Shown: positions 26,625 through 36,297, counted from the first letter of the stretch. The stretch is 64,000 bases of DNA from Clostridiales bacterium (GCA_012522015.1 JAAYLD010000026.1:6694-70693); one strand, 5' to 3'. Program-made: numbers and translations. The notes: generated from the sequence alone by a model not told the origin.

Positions 26625-29600
26625 GTGCTGCGTGTTTTAACACGCAGTCGAACTCAAGTGGTCCGTAAAAAGGATGAATTAATCACTAACAATAATTTAA
26701 ATAATGGTGCTGGCACAGAAAAAAAGCACGCAAGGACAGCCATACTTGCTAAATTTAAGAAAAAAGCAAGGGATGCTGAACCTTCTTTGCCTAAAAAGCA
26801 AAATAATCAAGAGAGTCCGTCGAAAAGAAGCGTATCAATATCGACGCTTGCGTGCCTGCCGTCGCAGCAAAGACGCTCCCGATTCTCTTTATATATCGGG
26901 TTTTTTAGTCGTGCTTTGACGGCGGCAGTCGCCATTTGTGGGTTATCTCTTTTCGTATGCGATGCTTTTTTAATTGTTACAGAGAGGGCCCCGTTTACTG
27001 CTGTTTTATACCCGTCGCTCATTTTTTCAGTATTAGTCGGCGCAATGTGTCTGAATTATTACGCCCTCATCGGCGGGATTGTTTTGATTGGCGGTGGATT
27101 TACGGCATGGGCGTCAACGAATTCAGTCGATATATTTAATTATATCGCCGCGTCAATCACATCGTTTTATAACGCAGCAATTGAGAGAATTGCTTATGCC
27201 GGTTTAGTCGGAATAAAACGCTATGCGTTGCCGGAAAACTTTGCCGCCGCATACGATAAAACCTCTCTGTATAACATGAGCGTCGCCATTTTTACGCTTA
27301 TTATGGCCATAATTTTCGTACCGGCCATAATTAAGCGTGTCAGGATGAAATACATCATCATAATGGGCGCTTTGATTGTCACACCCATATTTTTATATAA
27401 CGTGATGCAAGACAACTGGGGGTTTTCCCTATTGCTTGCCGGATTGTCAGGTGTTATCGTCCTTTGGCTTTATGACAGGCGCTATACTATGCCGTCAAAA
27501 CGGAAGATGATAATATACGAACTCTCCGAGCTTTCACCTGCAATAGCAGATTCTCTACGTGATAATGGCGCAGCTCCTATGGGTGAAGATGCGGACAGCA
27601 AAACCGGTGATAGAAATAAAAAGAAAAGCCAAACTTTCTTTGCGCTGTTTAACCGGCCGCACGGCAAGGATACTGATATTGAATCCGCTCTTACATTAAT
27701 GAGCCCGCGCGAGCGTCGTTCCCGCATGCGAGAGCAGCGCACTATTAAGCGCGCTCAGCGTGCTGAAGCTAAGCGTCTGTGTAAAAAAGAAAAGAGGGAA
27801 GCAAAAAAGCAGTCTCGTCTGACAGACGATATGCTTTTACCAAACACAGCTCTCGGAGGCTTTGCTGGATTGCTTTCATCCGCATTCATTTTTCTTTTAA
27901 TACTGTTGCCGACTCTTGTCATTGACAAGGCTTATAATAGAATTGGCTTTATTAGTAAGATCATGGAAACAGCTCGTATTTATGTATCCGCATTTATCAC
28001 GGGCGAAGACGTGGACTTAAATAACGTATCAATTTTCGGTGAAAAAGGGGAGAACACAGGACCTCGTTCGATTGCTCTCGATTATCCGGAGTTTACAGGT
28101 GAGAAGGTCGCCCTTATCGAGACACCTTATAACACGCCTGTATACCTGCGCGCCTGGATAGGCACACGGTATGAGGATGATCACTGGTATTCGGCGACTC
28201 TTAAAGAAATTGACAGCTATAAAGATAAGTTTGGTAAGAATTTTACACCGGAGTCAATTACGGAGAATTTCTACAAAGCCATTTATCCGAGGTACGATGA
28301 CTACGCTTCAATTTCGGGATATAAAAACAATATGTCCTATGGCTTTATAATCGAGCATGTAAGCTTTACGAAACTGAATGGTAAAAGTTCGCTTTTATAT
28401 ATCCCATCGTTTATAAAGCCGTCCGCCGGATTGTTGCGTTATAATACGACAGAACCGACATATCTCCCAAATGAACCGTATTTTGATGGTGTGTGGATAT
28501 CAAAATTCTTCATTAAAGACACGCGGTATACGACGATTTCACTTGTCACGACGATGAGAAACAAAGATGTCGGGCTTAATATGTATAATAATATGATTTA
28601 TTACGACGAGATGATGAGTATTATTTTGTCGGACAAGATCAAAGAAATCGAGAAAATGAGCGAGCAGGAACGGGAGAATTATTATGAACTGCTTGAGCTT
28701 TGGCTTGCTTGTGGTTTTTGCAAAGCAAAGGGTTACAATTCGACAATAGAAAATATTTACTTTGGCATACACTCAAGTAAAGACGATGAGACTTCGCAAA
28801 TTAACGAAAGTGATATTGATAAAAAACTGATTAAAAACCCGGAACTCCTCAAAGAGCATTATTCACAGCTGTTGAATAATCCGAGTAAAGCAATAAAATA
28901 TGAAGGAGAACTCCTTGTAAAGCGCTATGTTGAAGATATGACCGCCAAAGAACGTGAGGCGCTTATCGATGCGTATAAAAAGGAGAAGATTTACGGGGAA
29001 TATGTAAAGAAAACTTACACTCAGATAGACAAAAAAGATGAAAAATTCTTAAAGAATTTTACAAATGAGATTCTTTTGGAATCCTTAAGTGATATAGCGA
29101 TTATCAATGACGAGGATTCTCAATTACAGTTTGACAAAAAGGACTATCACCGTGTAATCCTCACTTTCATCGATTATCTTAGTAAAAACTATACCTACAG
29201 TCAGACACCCCCTGAGGAGGAAACAGATATATCAACTGATACATTAGACAGCGCCGAAACGAACAGCGTTGAAACGGGCAGCGTTGAAACAGAAAGCGCT
29301 GAAACAAACGAGCAGGCGGATATTAGGGCAATACAGGATTTTCTCCTAAGATCTAAACGCGGCTATTGTGTGCAGTTTGCATCAGCCCTAACCCTTATGC
29401 TGCGCTCGGTTGGTATTCCCGCGCGATACTGTGAGGGATTTATAGCATCAGAATTTATAAACACTTTCCTTATAAATGATGACGCACTTACACGTTATAA
29501 ATGTGAAGTGAAGGACAGTAACGCGCACGCATGGGTTGAAGTTTATTACGATGATATAGGCTGGGTGCAGTACGAAGCGACACCGCCTTATCTTGCCGGT

Positions 29601-30209
29601 ATGTATGGTGATGAAGCACCTGACAGTCAATCACCCGAAAAAGAAATAAATATTGTAGATCCAAATAAAGACACAACACCGGAAGATATAAATGGTCCCG
29701 AAGTTGACAAAGGCTACAAGATCTCTGATACCCCTTTAATGATTATTATTTGCGCGTCGATTGTCATAGCTGTCGCTTTAGTCATAACGGTGATAGTAAT
29801 TATAACTGTCAAAAAATCAATAGCTGAAAAAACTGTTGCGGCACGAGAGAGGCTTATACGCCGGACAATGGATTTATCAGTTGATATGACGGATGACGAG
29901 ATACGCTCCGGCGCTCGCGATATGTGCTACGGGATTTTTGCTCTCTTTAAAGCACTTGGCGAGGAGCCGGCGGCAGGTGAGCTTTCTGATGCTTATGCGG
30001 AGCGTCTTGACGAAACCTTTGGCTCGGCATCACCGATTAAGCCACGCGAGATGCTTGATTATGTCCAAAAAGAGGAGTTCGGAGACGGCTTGACTCGACG
30101 TGAGCTTTCACTGCTTGCCGAGTATTATCGCGATCTTACAACAAATATTTACAACGGTCTTGGACGTTTCAATAAGATCCGATTCCGTTATGTCAAGAAC
30201 CTGCTATAA
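26625..30209 (+). CDS. polytopic transglutaminase-like protein (TgpA-like), 1194 aa
   Basis: Multiple N-terminal TM helices and a basic loop (RERRSRMREQRTIKRAQRAEAKRLCKKEKREAKK). The large ectodomain carries a transglutaminase core (RGYCVQFASALTLMLRSVGIPARYCEGF, HAWVEVYY, WVQYEATP). A C-terminal TM and tail follow. The start codon is uncertain because the GTG at 26625 is only 1 nt after AGGAGG. Confidence 0.85.
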   Translation: MLRVLTRSRTQVVRKKDELITNNNLNNGAGTEKKHARTAILAKFKKKARDAEPSLPKKQNNQESPSKRSVSISTLACLPSQQRRSRFSLYIGFFSRALTAAVAICGLSLFVCDAFLIVTERAPFTAVLYPSLIFSVLVGAMCLNYYALIGGIVLIGGGFTAWASTNSVDIFNYIAASITSFYNAAIERIAYAGLVGIKRYALPENFAAAYDKTSLYNMSVAIFTLIMAIIFVPAIIKRVRMKYIIIMGALIVTPIFLYNVMQDNWGFSLLLAGLSGVIVLWLYDRRYTMPSKRKMIIYELSELSPAIADSLRDNGAAPMGEDADSKTGDRNKKKSQTFFALFNRPHGKDTDIESALTLMSPRERRSRMREQRTIKRAQRAEAKRLCKKEKREAKKQSRLTDDMLLPNTALGGFAGLLSSAFIFLLILLPTLVIDKAYNRIGFISKIMETARIYVSAFITGEDVDLNNVSIFGEKGENTGPRSIALDYPEFTGEKVALIETPYNTPVYLRAWIGTRYEDDHWYSATLKEIDSYKDKFGKNFTPESITENFYKAIYPRYDDYASISGYKNNMSYGFIIEHVSFTKLNGKSSLLYIPSFIKPSAGLLRYNTTEPTYLPNEPYFDGVWISKFFIKDTRYTTISLVTTMRNKDVGLNMYNNMIYYDEMMSIILSDKIKEIEKMSEQERENYYELLELWLACGFCKAKGYNSTIENIYFGIHSSKDDETSQINESDIDKKLIKNPELLKEHYSQLLNNPSKAIKYEGELLVKRYVEDMTAKEREALIDAYKKEKIYGEYVKKTYTQIDKKDEKFLKNFTNEILLESLSDIAIINDEDSQLQFDKKDYHRVILTFIDYLSKNYTYSQTPPEEETDISTDTLDSAETNSVETGSVETESAETNEQADIRAIQDFLLRSKRGYCVQFASALTLMLRSVGIPARYCEGFIASEFINTFLINDDALTRYKCEVKDSNAHAWVEVYYDDIGWVQYEATPPYLAGMYGDEAPDSQSPEKEINIVDPNKDTTPEDINGPEVDKGYKISDTPLMIIICASIVIAVALVITVIVIITVKKSIAEKTVAARERLIRRTMDLSVDMTDDEIRSGARDMCYGIFALFKALGEEPAAGELSDAYAERLDETFGSASPIKPREMLDYVQKEEFGDGLTRRELSLLAEYYRDLTTNIYNGLGRFNKIRFRYVKNLL
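29250..29309 (+). repeat. 4 x 15-nt in-frame tandem repeat (S-A/V-E-T-x)
   Basis: agcgccgaaacgaac / agcgttgaaacgggc / agcgttgaaacagaa / agcgctgaaacaaac, encoding SAETN SVETG SVETE SAETN just upstream of the transglutaminase core. Confidence 0.85.
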
Positions 30210-30314
30210 CAAATGTGTATAGTATCCGTTATGCGATTTACGCATGCACTGATTTGATCGGAATAACGTCCGCATTATAGTAGAAATTGTGCGATTTTTA
30301 CTTTTGCGGCACAA

Positions 30315-30360
30315 CCCCCGTGTTAAGCCGCAGGCTTTACAACGGGGGTATTGATTTATT
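30315..30360 (+). terminator. probable terminator after the transglutaminase gene
   Basis: CCCCCG (30315-30320) pairs with CGGGGG (30343-30348) around a structured loop, followed by TATTGATTTATT. Confidence 0.4.
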
Positions 30361-30418
30361 GCGAATCATAGTTTATAATCACGATATTGTTAAAAAAACT
30401 TGAGCGGAGGGAATACTT

Positions 30419-30838
30419 TTGAGCTGTAAGGCATCAGCGCCAGCGCTCGCATATCTTGGCGATGCCGTGATTACCCTTTTTGCGCGCCGCTTCCTTTTAT
30501 CGCTCGGCATCGAAAACCCCGCCGTATGCAGCGAGGAATCGCTTTTATTTGTAACCGCGACAGCCCAGAGCGCTGCTTACGAAAACATTAAAGACACATT
30601 GACACAAAAAGAAGCTGATATATATCGGTTGGGGCGAAATGCCAAACTCACCACTCCAAAAAGCTCAACCCCACTTGAATATCACCGTGCAACAGGATTT
30701 GAAGCTATTTTTGGATATCTTGATTCGATAGGTGACACCGCTCGTGCGAAAGAACTGTTTTCGCTTGCGTATAGCGGTGTTATGGAATATATACGAACAA
30801 GGCACATGGTGTCATATGAAATAAATGAGGCTTTGTGA
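30419..30838 (+). CDS. mrnC: mini-ribonuclease III
   Basis: 139 aa with a TTG start 7 nt after GGAGGG. It has the LAYLGDAV signature, RN...P, and ATGFEAIFGYL. Confidence 0.85.
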   Translation: MSCKASAPALAYLGDAVITLFARRFLLSLGIENPAVCSEESLLFVTATAQSAAYENIKDTLTQKEADIYRLGRNAKLTTPKSSTPLEYHRATGFEAIFGYLDSIGDTARAKELFSLAYSGVMEYIRTRHMVSYEINEAL

Positions 30839-30840
30839 TA

Positions 30841-32004
30841 ATGAAAAAAATAAGAGTAATGAGTATTTTCGGGACAAGGCCGGAAGCTGTTAAAATGTGT
30901 CCCCTTGTATTAGAGCTTAAACGTCGACCCGAAATAGAATGTATAGTTGCGCTGACAGGACAACACCGCGCTATGCTCAATTCTGTCATGAAGACGTTTG
31001 GTGTTGTCGCTGACTATAACCTTGACATTATGCGTCCGAGACAGACGCCGACGACGATAGCAGCCGATGTGTTATACGGACTTGATCCGATTCTTAAGGA
31101 ATCGTCACCGGACATTGTGCTTGTACACGGTGACACAACGACAAGCTTCGCATCAGCGCTTGCTGCTTTCCATCTAAAAATCCCTGTTGGACATGTGGAG
31201 GCAGGACTTCGGACGTACAATAAGTATTCGCCTTTTCCAGAGGAAATGAACCGCACTCTGACAGGGCGTATAGCGACGCTTCACTTCGCGCCGACTGAGA
31301 GGAACCGTCGCAACCTTCTTGCCGAAGGGGTGTGCGATTCTTCAATATACGTGACCGGCAACACAGTCATTGATACATTCCGTTATACGGTGAGGGAAGA
31401 TTATAAATTCGAAGCGGAGCCGCTTCGTGCTCTTGATTTTAACGACAAAAAGATGCGGTATATTACGTTGACTGCCCATCGCCGTGAAAATCAGGAGGGC
31501 AACAGCCATGGCGGAATTGCAGCCCTTTGCCGTGCTGTTAAGAGATTAACAGAAAAATATGACGATATAGCGTTCATATATCCTGTTCATTTATCACCCG
31601 ATGTGCGCGATATTGCCTTCCCGATACTTTCTAAAGTTGACCGTGTAATACTGACAGACCCTCTTAATTTGACCGATATGCACAACCTCATGGCAAAGTC
31701 CTACATAGTCATAACGGATTCAGGCGGGCTTCAGGAAGAAGCACCGTCGCTTGGCGCACCGGTACTTGTCGTACGACGTGAAACGGAGCGACCTGAGGCA
31801 GTTGAAGCGGGAACGGTGAAAATTGTAGGCATATCGGAGGATGATATATTTGCCGAAGCTTCCCGGCTTCTTGATGATGCGACTGAATACGCTAAAATGG
31901 CTCGCAGTATCAATCCATATGGCGATGGCCATGCCTCGGAAAGAATTGCCGACGCAATAATCGCTTATTTTAAAGAGGTGTGGGGAAGCAGCAATGAAAA
32001 ATAA
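30841..32004 (+). CDS. wecB: UDP-N-acetylglucosamine 2-epimerase (non-hydrolysing)
   Basis: MKKIRVMSIFGTRPEAVKM, HGDTTT, HVEAGLRT, PFPEE, and DSGGLQEEAPSLGAPVLV. The start overlaps the mrnC stop (GTGATAATG). Confidence 0.9.
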   Translation: MKKIRVMSIFGTRPEAVKMCPLVLELKRRPEIECIVALTGQHRAMLNSVMKTFGVVADYNLDIMRPRQTPTTIAADVLYGLDPILKESSPDIVLVHGDTTTSFASALAAFHLKIPVGHVEAGLRTYNKYSPFPEEMNRTLTGRIATLHFAPTERNRRNLLAEGVCDSSIYVTGNTVIDTFRYTVREDYKFEAEPLRALDFNDKKMRYITLTAHRRENQEGNSHGGIAALCRAVKRLTEKYDDIAFIYPVHLSPDVRDIAFPILSKVDRVILTDPLNLTDMHNLMAKSYIVITDSGGLQEEAPSLGAPVLVVRRETERPEAVEAGTVKIVGISEDDIFAEASRLLDDATEYAKMARSINPYGDGHASERIADAIIAYFKEVWGSSNEK

Positions 32005-32026
32005 AATAGAAGACGGTGGTAAGAAA

Positions 32027-32536
32027 ATGAAGAAGTTCGTATCGGAATTCCGCGATTTTATCATGCGAGGCAATGTTCTTGACATGGCGGTTGGCGTAAT
32101 CGTCGGTGCTGCTTTCAACAAAATTACAGCGTCGCTCGTTAATGACGTTCTCATGTCTTTTATCGGTATGATTGCCGGTGGCCAAAACTTTACGGACAGG
32201 CTTAATATAGTTTTGGTCAAACCGACATACAATGATGTCGGTGAGGTCATTGATGCGGGCGTGACAATTGGCTTCGGGTCATTTTTAGCGACTATAATCG
32301 ATTTTATAATTATTGCATTTGTTGTCTTTATTATCATCAAAATTTTCAACCGTGCGCGAGCCATTGCAACAAAGCGTAAGCTTGAGGCGGAGAAGGCAGA
32401 AGCAGAAGCTAAAGCTGCTGCGGAAGCGTTAAAGCCTTGTGCTCCAACGCAGGAGGAGATTCTCATTGAGATACGCGATCTTTTGAAGACCGCATACAGC
32501 TCGGATGAAGCGAGCGGCAATAAGACTACAATGTAA
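32027..32536 (+). CDS. mscL: large-conductance mechanosensitive channel
   Basis: FRDFIMRGNVLDMAVGVIVGAAFNKI at the N-terminus and a C-terminal ...EILIEIRDLL helix. The start is taken at the ATG at 32027. Confidence 0.85.
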   Translation: MKKFVSEFRDFIMRGNVLDMAVGVIVGAAFNKITASLVNDVLMSFIGMIAGGQNFTDRLNIVLVKPTYNDVGEVIDAGVTIGFGSFLATIIDFIIIAFVVFIIIKIFNRARAIATKRKLEAEKAEAEAKAAAEALKPCAPTQEEILIEIRDLLKTAYSSDEASGNKTTM

Positions 32537-32633
32537 GGTAAAACATAAGATATAAAAAATGATTCCAGCACAAACGCCGGGCGGTGATGTATTTATTCAT
32601 CTCCTTTACGCCCGGCGGATTTTTGAGGAATAA

Positions 32634-33212
32634 GTGCAGGAGGAAATAATATTGGAGCTTTACGAAAGGACTCTTGAGCGTGACTATGTGTTCAAAGGTA
32701 AAGTCATAAATGTACGGCGCGATACGGCACAGTTGCCAAATGGGAAGGCAGCAGACCGCGAGGTTATTGAGCACACAGGTGGCGTCACCATAGCGGCACT
32801 CACGGACAATGATGAGCTTCTTTTCGTTCGTCAGTTCCGTTATCCTATTGGTGAAGTTTTAATGGAGCTGCCGGCGGGGAAGCTGAAGGCGGGGGAAGAC
32901 CCGCTTACCGCCGCCGCGCGTGAGTTGCTTGAAGAGACAGGCGCTGTTGCGCGTAACTTTTATGATCTTGGCTGGATTTATACATCCTCTGGAGATACGA
33001 CGGAACGTCTTTATATTTATGCGGCGGATGGCCTCACTTTCATAGGCCAACGCCTTGATGAGGACGAGTTTCTTGATGTTCTGCGCGTGCCACTCACCGA
33101 AGCTGTCAGGCATTCAGCCGCGGGCGGCTATGGTGATGCTAAAACAGACATCGCTATATTGCGTTTTGACGCACAGCGCCGGATCGGTATGCTGGAGCCG
33201 ATTCGGTTTTAA
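32634..33212 (+). CDS. NUDIX hydrolase (ADP-ribose pyrophosphatase-like)
   Basis: Nudix box GKLKAGEDPLTAAARELLEETG. The alternative TTG start at 32652 has a better SD (AGGAGG, 8 nt). Confidence 0.85.
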   Translation: MQEEIILELYERTLERDYVFKGKVINVRRDTAQLPNGKAADREVIEHTGGVTIAALTDNDELLFVRQFRYPIGEVLMELPAGKLKAGEDPLTAAARELLEETGAVARNFYDLGWIYTSSGDTTERLYIYAADGLTFIGQRLDEDEFLDVLRVPLTEAVRHSAAGGYGDAKTDIAILRFDAQRRIGMLEPIRF

Positions 33213-33280
33213 CGCAAATAAATCCGCATGTGTGGATAGTTTCAGCAAGCAAATACTACGAAGTCAGGATATGTATTAAC

Positions 33281-34708
33281 TTGAAAACCATAAGTTCAAT
33301 TAAACGCAATTTTGTCCGTGAAAAACTGTTTTACATGACGCTTCTGAAGGTAGGAATCCCCATAGCGCTTCAGAACATGCTTGGTTATTTCGTAAACTTA
33401 GCAGACACGATTATGCTCGGGAAAGCCGATAATACAGGTCTGCTCATGTCTGCGTCATCGCTTGCAAACCAGCCTTTTTTCATTATGGCAATGGTTTGCT
33501 TTGGACTTTCAGGTGCGGCAGCCGTTCTCAATACGCAGTATTACGGTAAAGGTGATTTTGATGCGATACGCACCGTATTTGCGATTATTTTAAGAGCGTC
33601 TGCTGTAATATCAGTTGTATTTGGCGCGGCTGTTCTTCTGTTTCCGACGCAGATAATGACATTATATTCGGCTGACCCAAAAACTGTTGCAACCGGAGCT
33701 GTTTACCTTAGTGTTATGGGCTGGGCGTACATATTTTATGCCATAACAAGCGTCATGCTTCTTGTACTCCGCTCCGTCGCTGTTACAAAAATCTCAGTAT
33801 GGGTCTCACTTGCGTCGCTCATAACGAATGTTATCGGAAACTGGATTCTTATTTTTGGCAATCTTGGGTTCCCCGCGATGGGTATAAAGGGAGCGGCACT
33901 TGCTACTTTATTTGCACGTGCTGTTGAGTTTATAATAGTATCGGTTTATGTATTTAAATTTGAGAAAAAGCTCTCTTTCCGTATTACTGACATATTCCGA
34001 CGCAGCCGTGTTCTATCGAAGGATCTATTAAAATACGGAACTCCCGTCCTTGCTAATGAAGTTTTGTGGTCGCTTGCGATGACAGCACAGGCATCAATAC
34101 TTGGTCACATTACTTATTCAACCGGAGATCCGGTTGCTGCAAATGCAATATGCAGCACAGTTCAGCAGATCTCGACACTATTCGTATGGGGCGTTGCTCA
34201 TGCAGGTGCGGTTCTTGTCGGCGGGGCAGTTGGTGAGCGTGATACTGAAAAAGTTATTATACGCTCACAGACGCTTCGATATATCAGTTATATAGTCGGA
34301 GCACCCGGCGTTCTGTTCATAATCGCAACGCGCGGGATAGTTCTTGATATTTACGATATCGAACCGGAGACGAAACAGCTTGCAAATGCCATGCTGATAG
34401 TTACAGCAATAATTGTTTTCTTCCAGTCAAGCGCTTCCATACATATTGTCGGTACGCTGAGGGGAGCAGGCGATACGAAATTCTGTCTTTATATAGAAAT
34501 TTTATCGCTGTGGGCTGTTATGCTGCCCTTGGCATTTATTGCGGCAAACATACTCCATCTTCCGGTTCCGATTGTTTTAGTATTTATGCGTTCAGACGAA
34601 ATTGTTAAGGGAATAATATGCCACTTCCGCGTGAAGAGCGGTAAATTCATTAAAACGGTAACGCGCGAGCGCGGTGAAGACGGCTCATTTAAAACGGTAG
34701 AAGTGTAA
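33281..34708 (+). CDS. MATE-family efflux transporter
   Basis: 12-TM pattern with the opening PIALQNMLGYFVNLADTIMLG. The start is uncertain (TTG at 33281, track ATG at 33230, or ATG at 33335). Confidence 0.85.
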   Translation: MKTISSIKRNFVREKLFYMTLLKVGIPIALQNMLGYFVNLADTIMLGKADNTGLLMSASSLANQPFFIMAMVCFGLSGAAAVLNTQYYGKGDFDAIRTVFAIILRASAVISVVFGAAVLLFPTQIMTLYSADPKTVATGAVYLSVMGWAYIFYAITSVMLLVLRSVAVTKISVWVSLASLITNVIGNWILIFGNLGFPAMGIKGAALATLFARAVEFIIVSVYVFKFEKKLSFRITDIFRRSRVLSKDLLKYGTPVLANEVLWSLAMTAQASILGHITYSTGDPVAANAICSTVQQISTLFVWGVAHAGAVLVGGAVGERDTEKVIIRSQTLRYISYIVGAPGVLFIIATRGIVLDIYDIEPETKQLANAMLIVTAIIVFFQSSASIHIVGTLRGAGDTKFCLYIEILSLWAVMLPLAFIAANILHLPVPIVLVFMRSDEIVKGIICHFRVKSGKFIKTVTRERGEDGSFKTVEV

Positions 34709-34755
34709 AAGTAGAAGAATAGCCATCATTGTTGTGTCAGCATAATAAAAGGCAT

Positions 34756-34802
34756 AAAAAAACATTCATCCATGCGGGAATAAGCATGGATGAATGTTTT
34801 TT
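34756..34802. terminator. bidirectional intrinsic terminator
   Basis: A7-CATTCATCCATGC-gggaataa-GCATGGATGAATG-T6. The 13-bp GC-containing stem is extended by A/T pairing, and it sits between convergent genes. Confidence 0.85.
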
Positions 34803-34804
34803 GT

Positions 34805-35428
34805 TCACTCTGGCAGCTCAACTGTGGCTTCGCTTGGCAACAGCTTCGAAAAAAGCAAAGCGAAATTTTCATCAGGCTCAAAATCAATTCTTACATAGCC
34901 TTCATCGGTGTTAAATACGGCTGTATATAATATATTCGGGCGCATTGTATTATAAAAAGCATAGCGGGGAGTTTTTTTATATTCATCAGGGACGGTGGGT
35001 GCGCCCTTTTTTCGTCTTTTTTTCTTATTATGAGTGCTTTTCTTTTGTCCTCCGCGTTGCCCTCGCTCCCAGCGGGCAAAATAAACAGCATTTTTCATAG
35101 ATAAGCTTGCTATAAGCGTGCTTTTTTTACCCTGGATGCGATTGACTTCAAAATCGTATGGGGCAACGTCGGAATCAGAGCCGTCACTGTCTTTTTCCCG
35201 CAGAGTATAAACAAATGACGGGAGTGTGTATCGCGTGACGGCATATATTCCCGCAGTGCTGAAAATAACAGAGAGCAGCTGCAGAAGCCAAGGCAGCTTT
35301 ATACTTGGAACTGCAAGCGTAAAACCGTAGCATGTAATGGCAGAAATGAAGCAAGCAAGCTCAAACGCTATATCACAGTTATTTTGGCGCCGCGTTTTAT
35401 AGCTGTAAACGTTGTGTGGTTCGTTCAC
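34805..35428 (-). CDS. hypothetical membrane protein (2 TM, basic KKKRRKK stretch)
   Basis: 207 aa. TM helices FELACFISAITCYGFTLAV and LLQLLSVIFSTAGIYAV. Its start overlaps the upstream gene stop by 4 nt. No known motif. Confidence 0.55.
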   Translation of the reverse strand: MNEPHNVYSYKTRRQNNCDIAFELACFISAITCYGFTLAVPSIKLPWLLQLLSVIFSTAGIYAVTRYTLPSFVYTLREKDSDGSDSDVAPYDFEVNRIQGKKSTLIASLSMKNAVYFARWERGQRGGQKKSTHNKKKRRKKGAPTVPDEYKKTPRYAFYNTMRPNILYTAVFNTDEGYVRIDFEPDENFALLFSKLLPSEATVELPE

Positions 35429-36192
35429 TGTGAAAGCCTCTCTCTGTCGGATCTTGTTAGTCTGTAAGTTTCAGTTGATAGCTCAGGGTTATATATTGTC
35501 ATAGTCCCAAGTACGGTATCATAATCAGGCGTGCCATTGCAGATCGGATATATTTCAATGTCAAATTTACCGTTGAGAACCTTTATTCCGTTAAATGCAA
35601 GTTTTCGGTAGACATACATGAAACGGGAGGAGCCTTCTGTGAATGCCGGCTCGTAGTAATTGCCGTAGCTGTCCTTTAGGCGGAAGGCAAAATATTCATT
35701 TTCTCTTATTTGCTCAGCGGTAGGCTCAGAGTCATACCCGTTTTCTATGAAATAACCTTCTAATGCATGTACGTTGTAGCGGATGGCAACTTGGATTTCA
35801 TCTGCTTCAGCTATATAGTAAAAAGCAGTTGAATAAAAATGCCCGTCTTTTGTGTATATATCGTATATTTCTTGAGTATAAATTGTCAGCGAGCCGTCGG
35901 ATGCGGCATATGCTTCACGTGCGCGGGGCGTTGCAGCGAAATTTTCGATTTTTTTAGGGTCATTGTACATACATACGCGCAGAATAATGGCCGTATTCAA
36001 AAATAGTATGAATAAATAAAAAATAATGCGTATAATAGTGCCTAAACGGCTCTTCTTTTTTTTATAATCATAACTGATTGTTTCTGCGCCTTCATTTTCA
36101 TCGTAGATATAACTCTCGTCTTTTGGCATGGATCCCCCAGAATGGCATTGTGCCATGTTATAATTGTTTAAATTATTCAAATCGCAATACAT
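35425..36192 (-). CDS. hypothetical single-pass membrane protein
   Basis: 255 aa (or shorter from the internal ATG at 36129). One TM (LGTIIRIIFYLFILFLNTAIIL) is followed by a Tyr-rich domain of about 170 aa. No known motif. Confidence 0.55.
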   Translation of the reverse strand: MYCDLNNLNNYNMAQCHSGGSMPKDESYIYDENEGAETISYDYKKKKSRLGTIIRIIFYLFILFLNTAIILRVCMYNDPKKIENFAATPRAREAYAASDGSLTIYTQEIYDIYTKDGHFYSTAFYYIAEADEIQVAIRYNVHALEGYFIENGYDSEPTAEQIRENEYFAFRLKDSYGNYYEPAFTEGSSRFMYVYRKLAFNGIKVLNGKFDIEIYPICNGTPDYDTVLGTMTIYNPELSTETYRLTRSDRERLSQ

Positions 36193-36268
36193 TATTATAC
36201 CACAACCGTGAGGTATTTTTCTCGCATGATACTGAAAATTGCGGAAATTAACGCGAAGTTACGCGATA

Positions 36269-36297
36269 TTGACATGTAAGATAAGGTGTGTTATACT
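36269..36297 (+). promoter_or_regulatory. sigma-A promoter of proS
   Basis: TTGACA (36269-36274), 17 nt, then TGtTATACT (36289-36297). Confidence 0.5.

Noticed and set aside
32027-32536. Apparently over-long MscL (track 180 aa)
   Set aside because: With the start at 32027 the protein is 169 aa. The extra length lies in the periplasmic loop and an Ala/Glu-rich C-terminal helix, both variable regions of the family, so it is not considered anomalous.
31720-32571. 283-aa minus-strand ORF spanning the wecB-mscL junction
   Set aside because: It is fully antisense to two well-supported genes (wecB and mscL). The translation is low-complexity (Ser/Ala/Ile-rich) with no motif or SD, so it is a shadow ORF.
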